Below are positions 37,101-47,837 of a DNA stretch of 64,000 nucleotides, one piece after another. The stretch spans positions 7,200,691 to 7,264,690 of the forward strand of contig CM121342.1 in the NCBI GenBank assembly GCA_051530055.1, written 5' to 3'. A program made the translations under genes and the position numbers. Origin of the DNA: Neoechinorhynchus agilis. Lineage: Eukaryota; Animalia; Acanthocephala. Numbering within the stretch: the first letter of the stretch is position 1; every line of letters begins with the position of its first letter. A model generated the notes under the pieces. That model searched no databases, was not told the origin of the DNA, and saw only the letters and a list, made by a program, of their open reading frames with translations.

Positions 37101-40100
37101 GTGTTCAGATTCGCGAAATCTATCAGTGGTCTTGAGTTATTCGTAGTTCAATGTTCATATGAACAAGTTTATAACATGGCGATTGACAGGGAACTTGCTT
37201 TTAATTACGTTCAACGATACCATCTTGACACTCTGATTCCAAATATGTGTTCAGATTCGCGAAATCTATCAGTGGTCTTGAGTTATTCGTAGTTCAATGT
37301 TCATATGAACAAGTTTATAACATGGCGATTGACAGGGAAAGTACTTTTAGTTACGTTCAACGAGACCATCTTGACACTCTGATTCCAAATATGTGTTCAG
37401 ATTCGCGAAATCTATCAGTGGTCTTGAGTTATTCGTAGTTCAATGTTCATATGAACAAGTTTATAACATGGCGATTGACAGAGAACGTACTTTTAGTTAC
37501 GTTCAACGAGTCCATCTTGACACTCTGATTCCAAATATGTGTTCAGATTCGCGAAATCTATCAGTGGTCTTGAGTTATTCGTAGTTCAATGTTCATATGA
37601 ACAAGTTTATAACATGGCGATTGACAGGGAACGTACTTTTAATTACGTTCAACGAGACCATCTTAACACTCTGATTCCAAATATGTGTTCAGATTCGCAA
37701 AATCTATCAGTGGTCTTGAGTTATTCGTAGTTCAATGTTCATATGAACAAGTTTATAACATGGCGATTGACAGGGGAAACGTACTTTTAATTACGTTCAA
37801 CGAGACCATCTTGACACTCTGATTCCAAATATGTGTTCAGATTCGCGAAATCTATCAGTGGTCTTGAGTTATTCGTAGTTCAATGTTCATATGAACAAGT
37901 TTATAACATGGCGATTGACAGGGGAACGTACTTTTAGTTACGTTCAACGAGACCATCTTGACACTCTGATTCCAAATATGTGTTCAGATTCGCGAAATCT
38001 ATCAGTGGTCTTGAGTTATTCGTAGTTCAATGTTCATATGAACAAGTTTATAACATGGCGATTGACAGGGAACTTGCTTTTAATTACGTTCAACGAGACC
38101 ATCTTGACACTCTGATTCCAAATATGTGTTCAGGTTCGCGAAAATCTATCAGTGGTCTTGAGTTATTCGTAGTTCAATGTTCATATGAACAAGTTTATAA
38201 CATGGCGATTGACAGGGAACTTGCTTTTAATTACGTTCAACGAGTCCATCTTGACACTCTGATTCCAAATATGTGTTCAGATTCGCGAAATCTATCAGTG
38301 GTCTTGAGTTATTCGTAGTTCAATGTTCATATGAACAAGTTTATAACATGGCGATTGACGGGGAACGTACTTTTAATTACGTTCAACGAGACCATCTTGA
38401 CACTCTGATTCCAAATATGTGTTCAGATTCGCGAAATCTATCAGTGGTCTTGAGTTATTCGTAGTTCAATGTTCATATGAACAAGTTTATAACATGGCGA
38501 TTGACAGGGAACGTACTTTTAGTTACGTTCAACGAGACCATCTTGACACTCTGATTCCAAATATGTGTTCAGATTCGCGAAATCTATCAGTGGTCTTGAG
38601 TTATTCGTAGTTCAATGTTCATATGAACAAGTTTATAACATGGCGATTGACAGGGAACGTACTTTTAGTTACGTTCAACGAGACCATCTTGACACTCTGA
38701 TTCCAAATATGTGTTCAGATTCGCGAAATCTATCAGTGGTCTTGAGTTATTCGTAGTTCAATGTTCATATGAACAAGTTTATAACATGGCGATTGACAGG
38801 GGAACGTACTTTTAATTACGTTCAACGAGTCCATCTTGACACTCTGATTCCAAATATGTGTTCAGATTCGCGAAATCTATCAGTGGTCTTGAGTTATTCG
38901 TAGTTCAATGTTCATATGAACAAGTTTATAACATGGCGATTGACAGGGAACGTACTTTTAGTTACGTTCAACGAGACCATCTTGACACTCTGATTCCAAA
39001 TATGTGTTCAGATTCGCAAAATCTATCAGTGGTCTTGAGTTATTCGTAGTTCAATGTTCATATGAACAAGTTTATAACATGGCGATTGACAGGGAACTGT
39101 ACTTTTAGTTACGTTCAACGAGACCATCTTGACACTCTGATTCCAAATATGTGTTCAGATTCGCGAAAATCTATCAGTGGTCTTGAGTTATTCGTAGTTC
39201 AATGTTCATATGAACAAGTTTATAACATGGCGATTGACAGGGAACGTACTTTTAGTTACGTTCAACGAGACCATCTTGACACTCTGATTCCAAATATGTG
39301 TTCAGATTCGCAGAAATCTATCAGTGGTCTTGAGTTATTCGTAGTTCAATGTTCATATGAACAAGTTTATAACATGGCGATTGATCAGGGAACGTACTTT
39401 TAGTTACGTTCAACGAGACCATCTTGACACTCTGATTCCAAATATGTGTTCAGATTCGCGAAATCTATCAGTGGTCTTGAGTTATTCGTAGTTCAATGTT
39501 CATATGAACAAGTTTATAACATGGCGATTGACAGGGAACTTGCTTTTAATTACGTTCAACGAGACCATCTTGACACTCTGATTCCAAATATGTGTTCAGA
39601 TTCGCGAAATCTATCAGTGGTCTTGAGTTATTCGTAGTTCAATGTTCATATGAACAAGTTTATAACATGGCGATTGACAGGGGAACGTACTTTTAGTTAC
39701 GTTCAACGAGACCATCTTGACACTCTGATTCCAAATATGTGTTCAGATTCGCGAAATCTATCAGTGGTCTTGAGTTATTCGTAGTTCAATGTTCATATGA
39801 ACAAGTTTATAACATGGCGATTGACAGGGAACTTGCTTTTAATTACGTTCAACGAGACCATCTTGACACTCTGATTCCAAATATGTGTTCAGATTCGCAA
39901 AATCTATCAGTGGTCTTGAGTTATTCGTAGTTCAATGTTCATATGAACAAGTTTATAACATGGCGATTGACAGGGAACATGCTTTTAATTACGTTCAACG
40001 AGACCATCTTGACACTCTGATTCCAAATATGTGTTCAGATTCGCGAAATCTATCAGTGGTCTTGAGTTATTCGTAGTTCAATGTTCATATGAACAAGTTT

Positions 40101-43100
40101 ATAACATGGCGATTGACAGGGAACGTACTTTTAGTTACGTTCAACGAGACCATCTTGACACTCTGATTCCAAATATGTGTTCAGATTCGCGAAATCTATC
40201 AGTGGTCTTGAGTTATTCGTAGTTCAATGTTCATATGAACAAGTTTATAACATGGCGATTGACAGGGGAACTTGCTTTTAATTACGTTCAACGAGTCCAT
40301 CTTGACACTCTGATTCCAAATATGTGTTCAGATTCGCAAAATCTATCAGTGGTCTTGAGTTATTCGTAGTTCAATGTTCATATGAACAAGTTTATAACAT
40401 GGCGATTGACAGGGAACGTACTTTTAGTTACGTTCAACGAGACCATCTTGACACTCTGATTCCAAATATGTGTTCAGATTCGCGAAATCTATCAGTGGTC
40501 TTGAGTTATTCGTAGTTCAATGTTCATATGAACAAGTTTATAACATGGCGATTGACAGGGAACTTGCTTTTAATTACGTTCAACGAGACCATCTTGACAC
40601 TCTGATTCCAAATATGTGTTCAGATTCGCGAAATCTATCAGTGGTCTTGAGTTATTCGTAGTTCAATGTTCATATGAACAAGTTTATAACATGGCGATTG
40701 ACGGGGAACGTACTTTTAGTTACGTTCAACGAGACCATCTTGACACTCTGATTCCAAATATGTGTTCAGATTCGCGAAAATCTATCAGTGGTCTCTGAGT
40801 TATTCGTAGTTCAATGTTCATATGAACAAGTTTATAACATGGCGATTGACAGGGAACGTACTTTTAGTTACGTTCAACGAGTACCATCTTGACACTCTGA
40901 TTCCAAATATGTGTTCAGATTCGCAAAATCTATCAGTGGTCTTGAGTTATTCGTAGTTCAATGTTCATATGAACAAGTTTATAACATGGCGATTGACAGG
41001 GGAACTTGCTTTTAATTACGTTCAACGAGACCATCTTGACACTCTGATTCCAAATATGTGTTCAGATTCGCGAAAATCTATCAGTGGTCTTGAGTTATTC
41101 GTAGTTCAATGTTCATATGAACAAGTTTATAACATGGCGATTGACAGGGAACGTACTTTTAGTTACGTTCAACGAGACCATCTTGACACTCTGATTCCAA
41201 ATATGTGTTCAGATTCGCGAAATCTATCAGTGGTCTCTGAGTTATTCGTAGTTCAATGTTCATATGAACAAGTTTATAACATGGCGATTGATCAGGGAAC
41301 GTACTTTTAGTTACGTTCAACGAGACCATCTTGACACTCTGATTCCAAATATGTGTTCAGATTCGCGAAATCTATCAGTGGTCTTGAGTTATTCGTAGTT
41401 CAATGTTCATATGAACAAGTTTATAACATGGCGATTGACAGGGAACGTACTTTTAGTTACGTTCAACGAGACCATCTTGACACTCTGATTCCAAATATGT
41501 GTTCAGATTCGCGAAATCTATCAGTGGTCTTGAGTTATTCGTAGTTCAATGTTCATATGAACAAGTTTATAACATGGCGATTGACAGGGAACGTACTTTT
41601 AGTTACGTTCAACGAGACCATCTTGACACTCTGATTCCAAATATGTGTTCAGATTCGCGAAATCTATCAGTGGTCTTGAGTTATTCGTAGTTCAATGTTC
41701 ATATGAACAAGTTTATAACATGGCGATTGACGGGGAACGTACTTTTAATTACGTTCAACGAGACCATCTTGACACTCTGATTCCAAATATGTGTTCAGAT
41801 TCGCGAAAATCTATCAGTGGTCTTGAGTTATTCGTAGTTCAATGTTCATATGAACAAGTTTATAACATGGCGATTGACAGGGAACGTACTTTTAGTTACG
41901 TTCAACGAGACCATCTTGACACTCTGATTCCAAATATGTGTTCAGATTCGCGAAATCTATCAGTGGTCTTGAGTTATTCGTAGTTCAATGTTCATATGAA
42001 CAAGTTTATAACATGGCGATTGACAGGGAAAATGATACTTTTAATTTACGTTCAACGAGACCATCTTGACACTCTGATTCCAAATATGTGTTCAGATTCG
42101 CGAAATCTATCAGTGGTCTTGAGTTATTCGTAGTTCAATGTTCATATGAACAAGTTTATAACATGGCGATTGACAGGGAACGTACTTTTAGTTACGTTCA
42201 ACGAGACCATCTTGACACTCTGATTCCAAATATGTGTTCAGATTCGCGAAATCTATCAGTGGTCTTGAGTTATTCGTAGTTCAATGTTCATATGAACAAG
42301 TTTATAACATGGCGATTGACAGGGAACGTACTTTTAGTTACGTTCAACGAGACCATCTTGACACTCTGATTCCAAATATGTGTTCAGATTCGCGAAATCT
42401 ATCAGTGGTCTTGAGTTATTCGTAGTTCAATGTTCATATGAACAAGTTTATAACATGGCGATTGACAGGGAACTTGCTTTTAATTACGTTCAACGAGACC
42501 ATCTTGACACTCTGATTCCAAATATGTGTTCAGATTCGCGAAATCTATCAGTGGTCTTGAGTTATTCGTAGTTCAATGTTCATATGAACAAGTTTATAAC
42601 ATGGCGATTGACAGGAACACTTTTAGTTACGTTCAACGAGACATTTGGCCACTCTGGTTCCAAATATGTGTTCAGATTCGCGAAATCTATCAGTGGTCTT
42701 GAGTTATTCGTAGTTCAATGTTCATATGAACAAGTTTATAACATGGCGATTGACAGGGAACTTGCTTTTAGTTACGTTCAACGAGTCCATCTTGACACTC
42801 TGATTCCAAATATGTGTTCAGATTCGCGAAATCTATCAGTGGTCTTGAGTTATTCGTAGTTCAATGTTCATATGAACAAGTTTATAACATGGCGATTGAC
42901 AGGGAACGTACTTTTAGTTACGTTCAACGAGACCATCTTGACACTCTGATTCCAAATATGTGTTCAGATTCGCGAAATCTATCAGTGGTCTTGAGTTATT
43001 CGTAGTTCAATGTTCATATGAACAAGTTTATAACATGGCGATTGACAGGGAACTTACTTTTAATTACGTTCAACGAGACCATCTTGACACTCTGATTCCA

Positions 43101-43863
43101 AATATGTGTTCAGATTCGCGAAATCTATCAGTGGTCTTGAGTTATTCGTAGTTCAATGTTCATATGAACAAGTTTATAACATGGCGATTGACAGGGAACG
43201 TACTTTTAATTCGTTCAACGAGACCATCTTGACACTCTGATTCCAAATATGTGTTCAGATTCGCGAAATCTATCAGTGGTCTTGAGTTATTCGTAGTTCA
43301 TGTTCATATGAACAAGTTTATAACATGGCGGTTGACAGACTTACTTTATTACGTTCAACGAGACCATCTTGACACTCTGATTCCAAATATGTGTTCAGAT
43401 TCGCGAAATCTATCAGTGGTTGAGTTATTCGTAGTTCAATGTTCATATGAACAAGTTTATAACATGGCGATTGACAGGGAACGTACTTTTAGTTACGTTC
43501 AACGAGACCATCTTGACACTCTGATTCCAAATATGTGTTCAGATTCGCGAAATCTATCAGTGGTCTTGAGTTATTCGTAGTTCAATGTTCATATGAACAA
43601 GTTTATAACATGGCGATTGACAGGGAACTTACTTTTAATTACGTTCAACGAGACCATCTTGACACTCTGATTCCAAATATGTGTTCAGATTCGCGAAATC
43701 TATCAGTGGTCTTGAGTTATTCGTAGTTCAATGTTCATATGAACAAGTTTATAACATGGCGATTGACAGGGAACGTACTTCTCATTACGTTCAACGAGTC
43801 CATCTTGACACTCTGATTCCAAATATGTGTTCAGATTCGCGAAATCTATCAGTGGTCTTGATT
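28166..43863. repeat. 146-bp satellite DNA array, ~107 monomers
   Basis: Consensus CCATCTTGACACTCTGATTCCAAATATGTGTTCAGATTCGCGAAATCTATCAGTGGTCTTGAGTTATTCGTAGTTCAATGTTCATATGAACAAGTTTATAACATGGCGATTGACAGGGAACGTACTTTTAGTTACGTTCAACGAGA; 146-bp spacing also visible in the ORF track. Confidence 0.99.
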
Positions 43864-43865
43864 AG

Positions 43866-43940
43866 TCGATAAGTGTAAAAGCGGGGGATGTCATCGTTTA
43901 AGAGGGCGACCAAGGTGATACTTTTTACATTATCGATGGG
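43866..43940 (+). pseudogene. Fragment of a cyclic-nucleotide-binding domain (PKA-R/PKG-like) with an in-frame stop
   Basis: SISVKAGDVIV*EGDQGDTFYIIDG matches the cNMP-domain pattern G..II.QGD.GD.FY.I..G. Confidence 0.6.
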
Positions 43941-44422
43941 AAATTGGTCCTATTCTTTTTGGATTAAGAAATAAACGTGTTATTATTAACACATACAAAG
44001 GGATATCTGAATATTCTAAAGCCTACAAATAAATCGATGAAACCATAATTCCACAGAAAGCGATTCTCATCCCTCTTACAATAACTTACTCATCTTGAAA
44101 AACAATAATGAGCGAGATCAATGAAATATTCTTTTCGAGAACAATCGACCTTTTACTTATACGTCCATAAAAAACATCTTTTATAGAGTAAGATCAATTA
44201 GTCATTGATCTCTTAAATTAGGATAAAATGACAATCTATTAAGAATTAAAAGGAAGATCGCCCGAGTTTTGACTCAATTTTTTTAATTGTTTTAAGAAAG
44301 GACCAAAAGCGTTTTAAAGAAATTATGTATCCAAAGTATCGTTTTAGCCTTTTCAATCCAGAATTACCAAATTTTTAATGGCTAATAGTAGATCGTTTAG
44401 TTTCTCTTTCAACAAACGGGAA

Positions 44423-45533
44423 ACATATGATCTTCATAAAGTCCAAAGAAGAAAAAACAACTAAATGATGAACAATTGAAGAAATTTATGCAAATCACAC
44501 AAAGCATAAAGTGGAGGAAGATTTAAGGCAAATAATAGCAAATACTCGCTCTTTCCTTTTGTTAATTTTTTGAGCGTGCAATCGGCTCTAAACCTAGGCA
44601 CTTCACCCTTCCCAATTAAAAATAAAGAAAATACAAGAACATAGAAGGATCCGAACCAATTGGGAGTTTATAGTATGTATGGCTGTAATAAATAAATAAA
44701 TCTGTGAAATGCCAGGATACAAGAGGGATCGCATAAATATCCATGGCAACCAGGATAGCTCTTTTTGTTCAAAAATAAAATGGTGGAATAACTTCCGACA
44801 ACCGATCTCGAGATGACAACGTTCCGATCGTCATTGCTGATTACATTAAGACATATGATCTTCATAAAGTCCAAAGAAGAAAAAACAATTAAATGATGAA
44901 CAATTGAAGAAATTTATGCAAATCACACAAAGCATAAAGTGGAGGAAGATTTAAGGCAAATAATAGCAAATACTCGCTCTTTCCTTTTGTTAATTTTTTG
45001 AGCGTGCAATCGGCTCTAAACCTAGGCACTTCACCCTTCCCAATTAAAAATAAAGAAAATACAAGAACATAGAAGGATCCGAACCAATTGGGAGTTTATA
45101 GTATGTATGGCTGTAATAAATAAATAAATCTGTGAAATGCCAGGATACAAGAGGGATCGCATAAATATCCATGGCAACCAGGATAGCTCTTTTTGTTCAA
45201 AAATAAAATGGTGGAATAACTTCCGACAACCGATCTCGAGATGACAACGTTCCGATCGTCATTGCTGATTACATTAAGACATATGATCTTCATAAAGTCC
45301 AAAGAAGAAAAAACAATTAAATGATGAACAATTGAAGAAATTTATGCAAATCACACAAAGCATAAAGTGGAGGAAGATTTAGGGCAAATAATAGCAAATA
45401 CTCGCTCTTTCCTTTTGTTAATTTTTTGAGCGTGCAATCGGCTCTAAACCTAGGCACTTCACCCTTCCCAATTAAAAATAAAGAAAATACAAGGACATGG
45501 AAGGATCCGAACCAATTGGGAGTTTATAGTATG
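44423..45533. repeat. 428-bp tandem repeat, 2.6 copies, with an inverted partial copy at 45609-45836
   Basis: ACATATGATCTTCATAAAG at 44423, 44851 and 45279. 45609-45836 is the reverse complement of ~45050-45277. Confidence 0.95.
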
Positions 45534-45836
45534 ACTGGCTGCTGCGTTTTTAAGGTCAACTCCAGCGTCCACTTGATACCTCGCTATTAAGTATCGAGTT
45601 GGACCCTCAATGTAATCAGCAATGGCGATCGGAACGTTATCATCTTGAGATGGGTTGTCGGAAGTTATTCCACCATTTTATTTTTCAACAAAAAGAGATA
45701 TCCTGGTTGCCATGGATATTTATGCGATCCCTCTTGTATCCTTGCATTTCACAGATTGATTTATTTATTACAGCCATACATACTATAAACTCCCAATTGG
45801 TTCGGATCCTTCCATGTCCTTGTATTTTCTTTATTT

Positions 45837-46515
45837 GTGGTCTTGATTTATTCGTAGTTCAATGTTCATATGAACAAGTTTATAACATGGCGATTGACAG
45901 GGAACGTACTTTTAACGTTCAAGACCATCTTGACACTCTGATTCCAAATATGTGTTCAGATTCGCAAAATCTATCAGTGGTCTTGAGTTATTCGTAGTTC
46001 AATGTTCATATGAACAAGTTTATAACATGGCGATTGACAGGGAACGTACTTTTAATTACGTTCAACGAGTCCATCTTGACACTCTGATTCCAAATATGTG
46101 TTCAGATTCGCAAAATCTATCAGTGGTCTTGAGTTATTCGTAGTTCAATGTTCATATGAACAAGTTTATAACATGGCGATTGACAGGGAACGTACTTTTT
46201 AGTTGTTCAACGAGACCATCTTGACACTCTGATTCCAAATATGTGTTCAGATTCGCAAAATCTATCAGTGGTCTTGAGTTATTCGTAGTTCAATGTTCAT
46301 ATGAACAAGTTTATAACATGGCGATTGACAGGGAACGTACTTTTAGTTACGTTCAACGAGACCATCTTGACACTCTGATTCCAAATATGTGTTCAGATTC
46401 GCAAAATCTATCAGTGGTCTTGAGTTATTCGTAGTTCAATGTTCATATGAACAAGTTTATAACATGGCGATTGACAGGGGACGTACTTTTAGTTACGTTC
46501 AACGAGTCCATCTTG
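45837..46515. repeat. 146-bp satellite continuation, ~4.6 monomers
   Basis: Same monomer as 28166-43863. Confidence 0.98.
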
Positions 46516-46649
46516 CAGGCTGGTCTTCTTGAGCTTCTTCTGATCGGATCATGGTTTATATGCCCATGATATTACGGTTATGAGTCTGTACATCCCTCTG
46601 TATCCTTAGGTACCTCTCAAGGGGTGGGACTATCTTTAAAGGACAAAGC

Positions 46650-46900
46650 CGAGTAAGGGATATAACCGACTCGTTAGTGGACGTTAGAGGGTTCAACACT
46701 TATCCCAGGGTTTTGAAATTGGCAGAGTTTGTGCGTTTCGCAATTGTCAAGGCGGTCCAACTGACAAGAGCTCTGAAACCCTCTTTTTCAAGGCCCAAGG
46801 GTCCAAAATCGATTATCGCCTATGATTTACAACCAAAGGGGACGGAATACCTCGTTGAAGGAAGAAATTCACAGATGAGCAACGTCTTACCGCGAGGTAA
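46650..46900 (+). mobile_element. Diverged LTR-related copy of the tRNA-like/hammerhead module
   Basis: GATATAA, TGGCAGAGTTTG, TCGCCTATGATTTACAACCAAAGGGGAC-GGAA-TACCTCG...TTCA-CAGATGA-GCAAC...CGAGGTA. Confidence 0.65.
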
Positions 46901-47236
46901 GGTGATCTCACGTCTCCGTGACGGTGGTAGATTTTTCATTACGATTTGCGATTTACCTCTGCTCCATAAATAATCACGGTTCGATCTACTGGTCGGTATA
47001 TCCTTGGAGATTTAACATTTAAAGTCACTGTTGGCAAAGGGTACCGACCTGGGATATTTGAAGTGGTGGACGCATTTGGACCAGCGTTGTTTATCTTGAG
47101 CGTTTCTCTCTCAGTTTGCGATTTGTGTTTTAATTCGGTTTTTTCCTTTAGGCCACAGCCAACAGCTAAGTAAGGGATGATCTAGAAACCGAATAAAAAA
47201 ATTATCGGCTTGCCAGTAGACATTTCTTGAGATTCA

Positions 47237-47365
47237 TTTTCGAACACTGAATTGTGCCAATCGATCCCTCCGTACTTGGACCAATCGTTCAATTTCTGGT
47301 TTGCCTTTGGATGCTAGCAAGATGTCATCGACATACAGTATCGTGAACGGTGTGGAACGCCGGAT
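47237..47365 (-). mobile_element. RTE RT fragment
   Basis: PFTILYVDDILLASKGKPEIERLVQVRRDRLAQF. Confidence 0.75.
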
Positions 47366-47837
47366 ATCCCAGGTTATTATATCTATCACTAAGATTACGC
47401 TTATCGGAAATGGCATCGATATTCCGACCTTGATAGACGCGTACAAGGTTATGCCTCCGAAATCAATCGGATTTAACCAAAATTCTTTTAATTTTTATAC
47501 GCCATATAAACAAGCATGAGAAGAATAAAATTCATTCTTTTCGTTCACAAATTCCTCCTCTTCGTCCAATTCTGCAACTATTGTCATGATTGTTCGGCAG
47601 CTTTCTTGATAGTTCAATCTTGAACGGATTTCCTCACTTTAGAGTTCTTTAGGCAAATTTGAAATTAGATCGTCGTTTAGAGTGCAAAAATTGTTGAAAA
47701 ATACTCCCGGACAAGCAAATAGTTGTTGAAAATTCCTTTGAAAATTTTGAGATGTGTTGTTTAAATTGTAAAGATGTTCATCATTTTCACTTTTTATAGC
47801 GAATCATAAAAATTTAGTGGAAATGCCTTTATTTTTT

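Larger units (their letters stand above)
43864..45836. mobile_element. ~2-kb composite insertion in the satellite, flanked by a 12-bp duplication
   Basis: GTGGTCTTGATT at 43852-43863 and 45837-45848. The satellite resumes in register after the insert. Confidence 0.7.

Noticed and set aside
28166-43863. Hammerhead in the minus strand of the 146-bp monomer (CTGATAGATTTCGCGAATCTGAAC), i.e. a tandem retrozyme
   Set aside because: It lacks G8-A9 in register, G10.1-C11.1 and GAAA, and no convincing stem I/III with a UH triplet was found.
28166-46515. CRISPR array, or a tandem family of 63-aa genes (MFRFAKSISG...)
   Set aside because: There are no unique spacers; the whole 146-bp unit repeats in a eukaryotic context. 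The ORFs are by-products of the monomer, start mostly at GTG and shift frame each unit.
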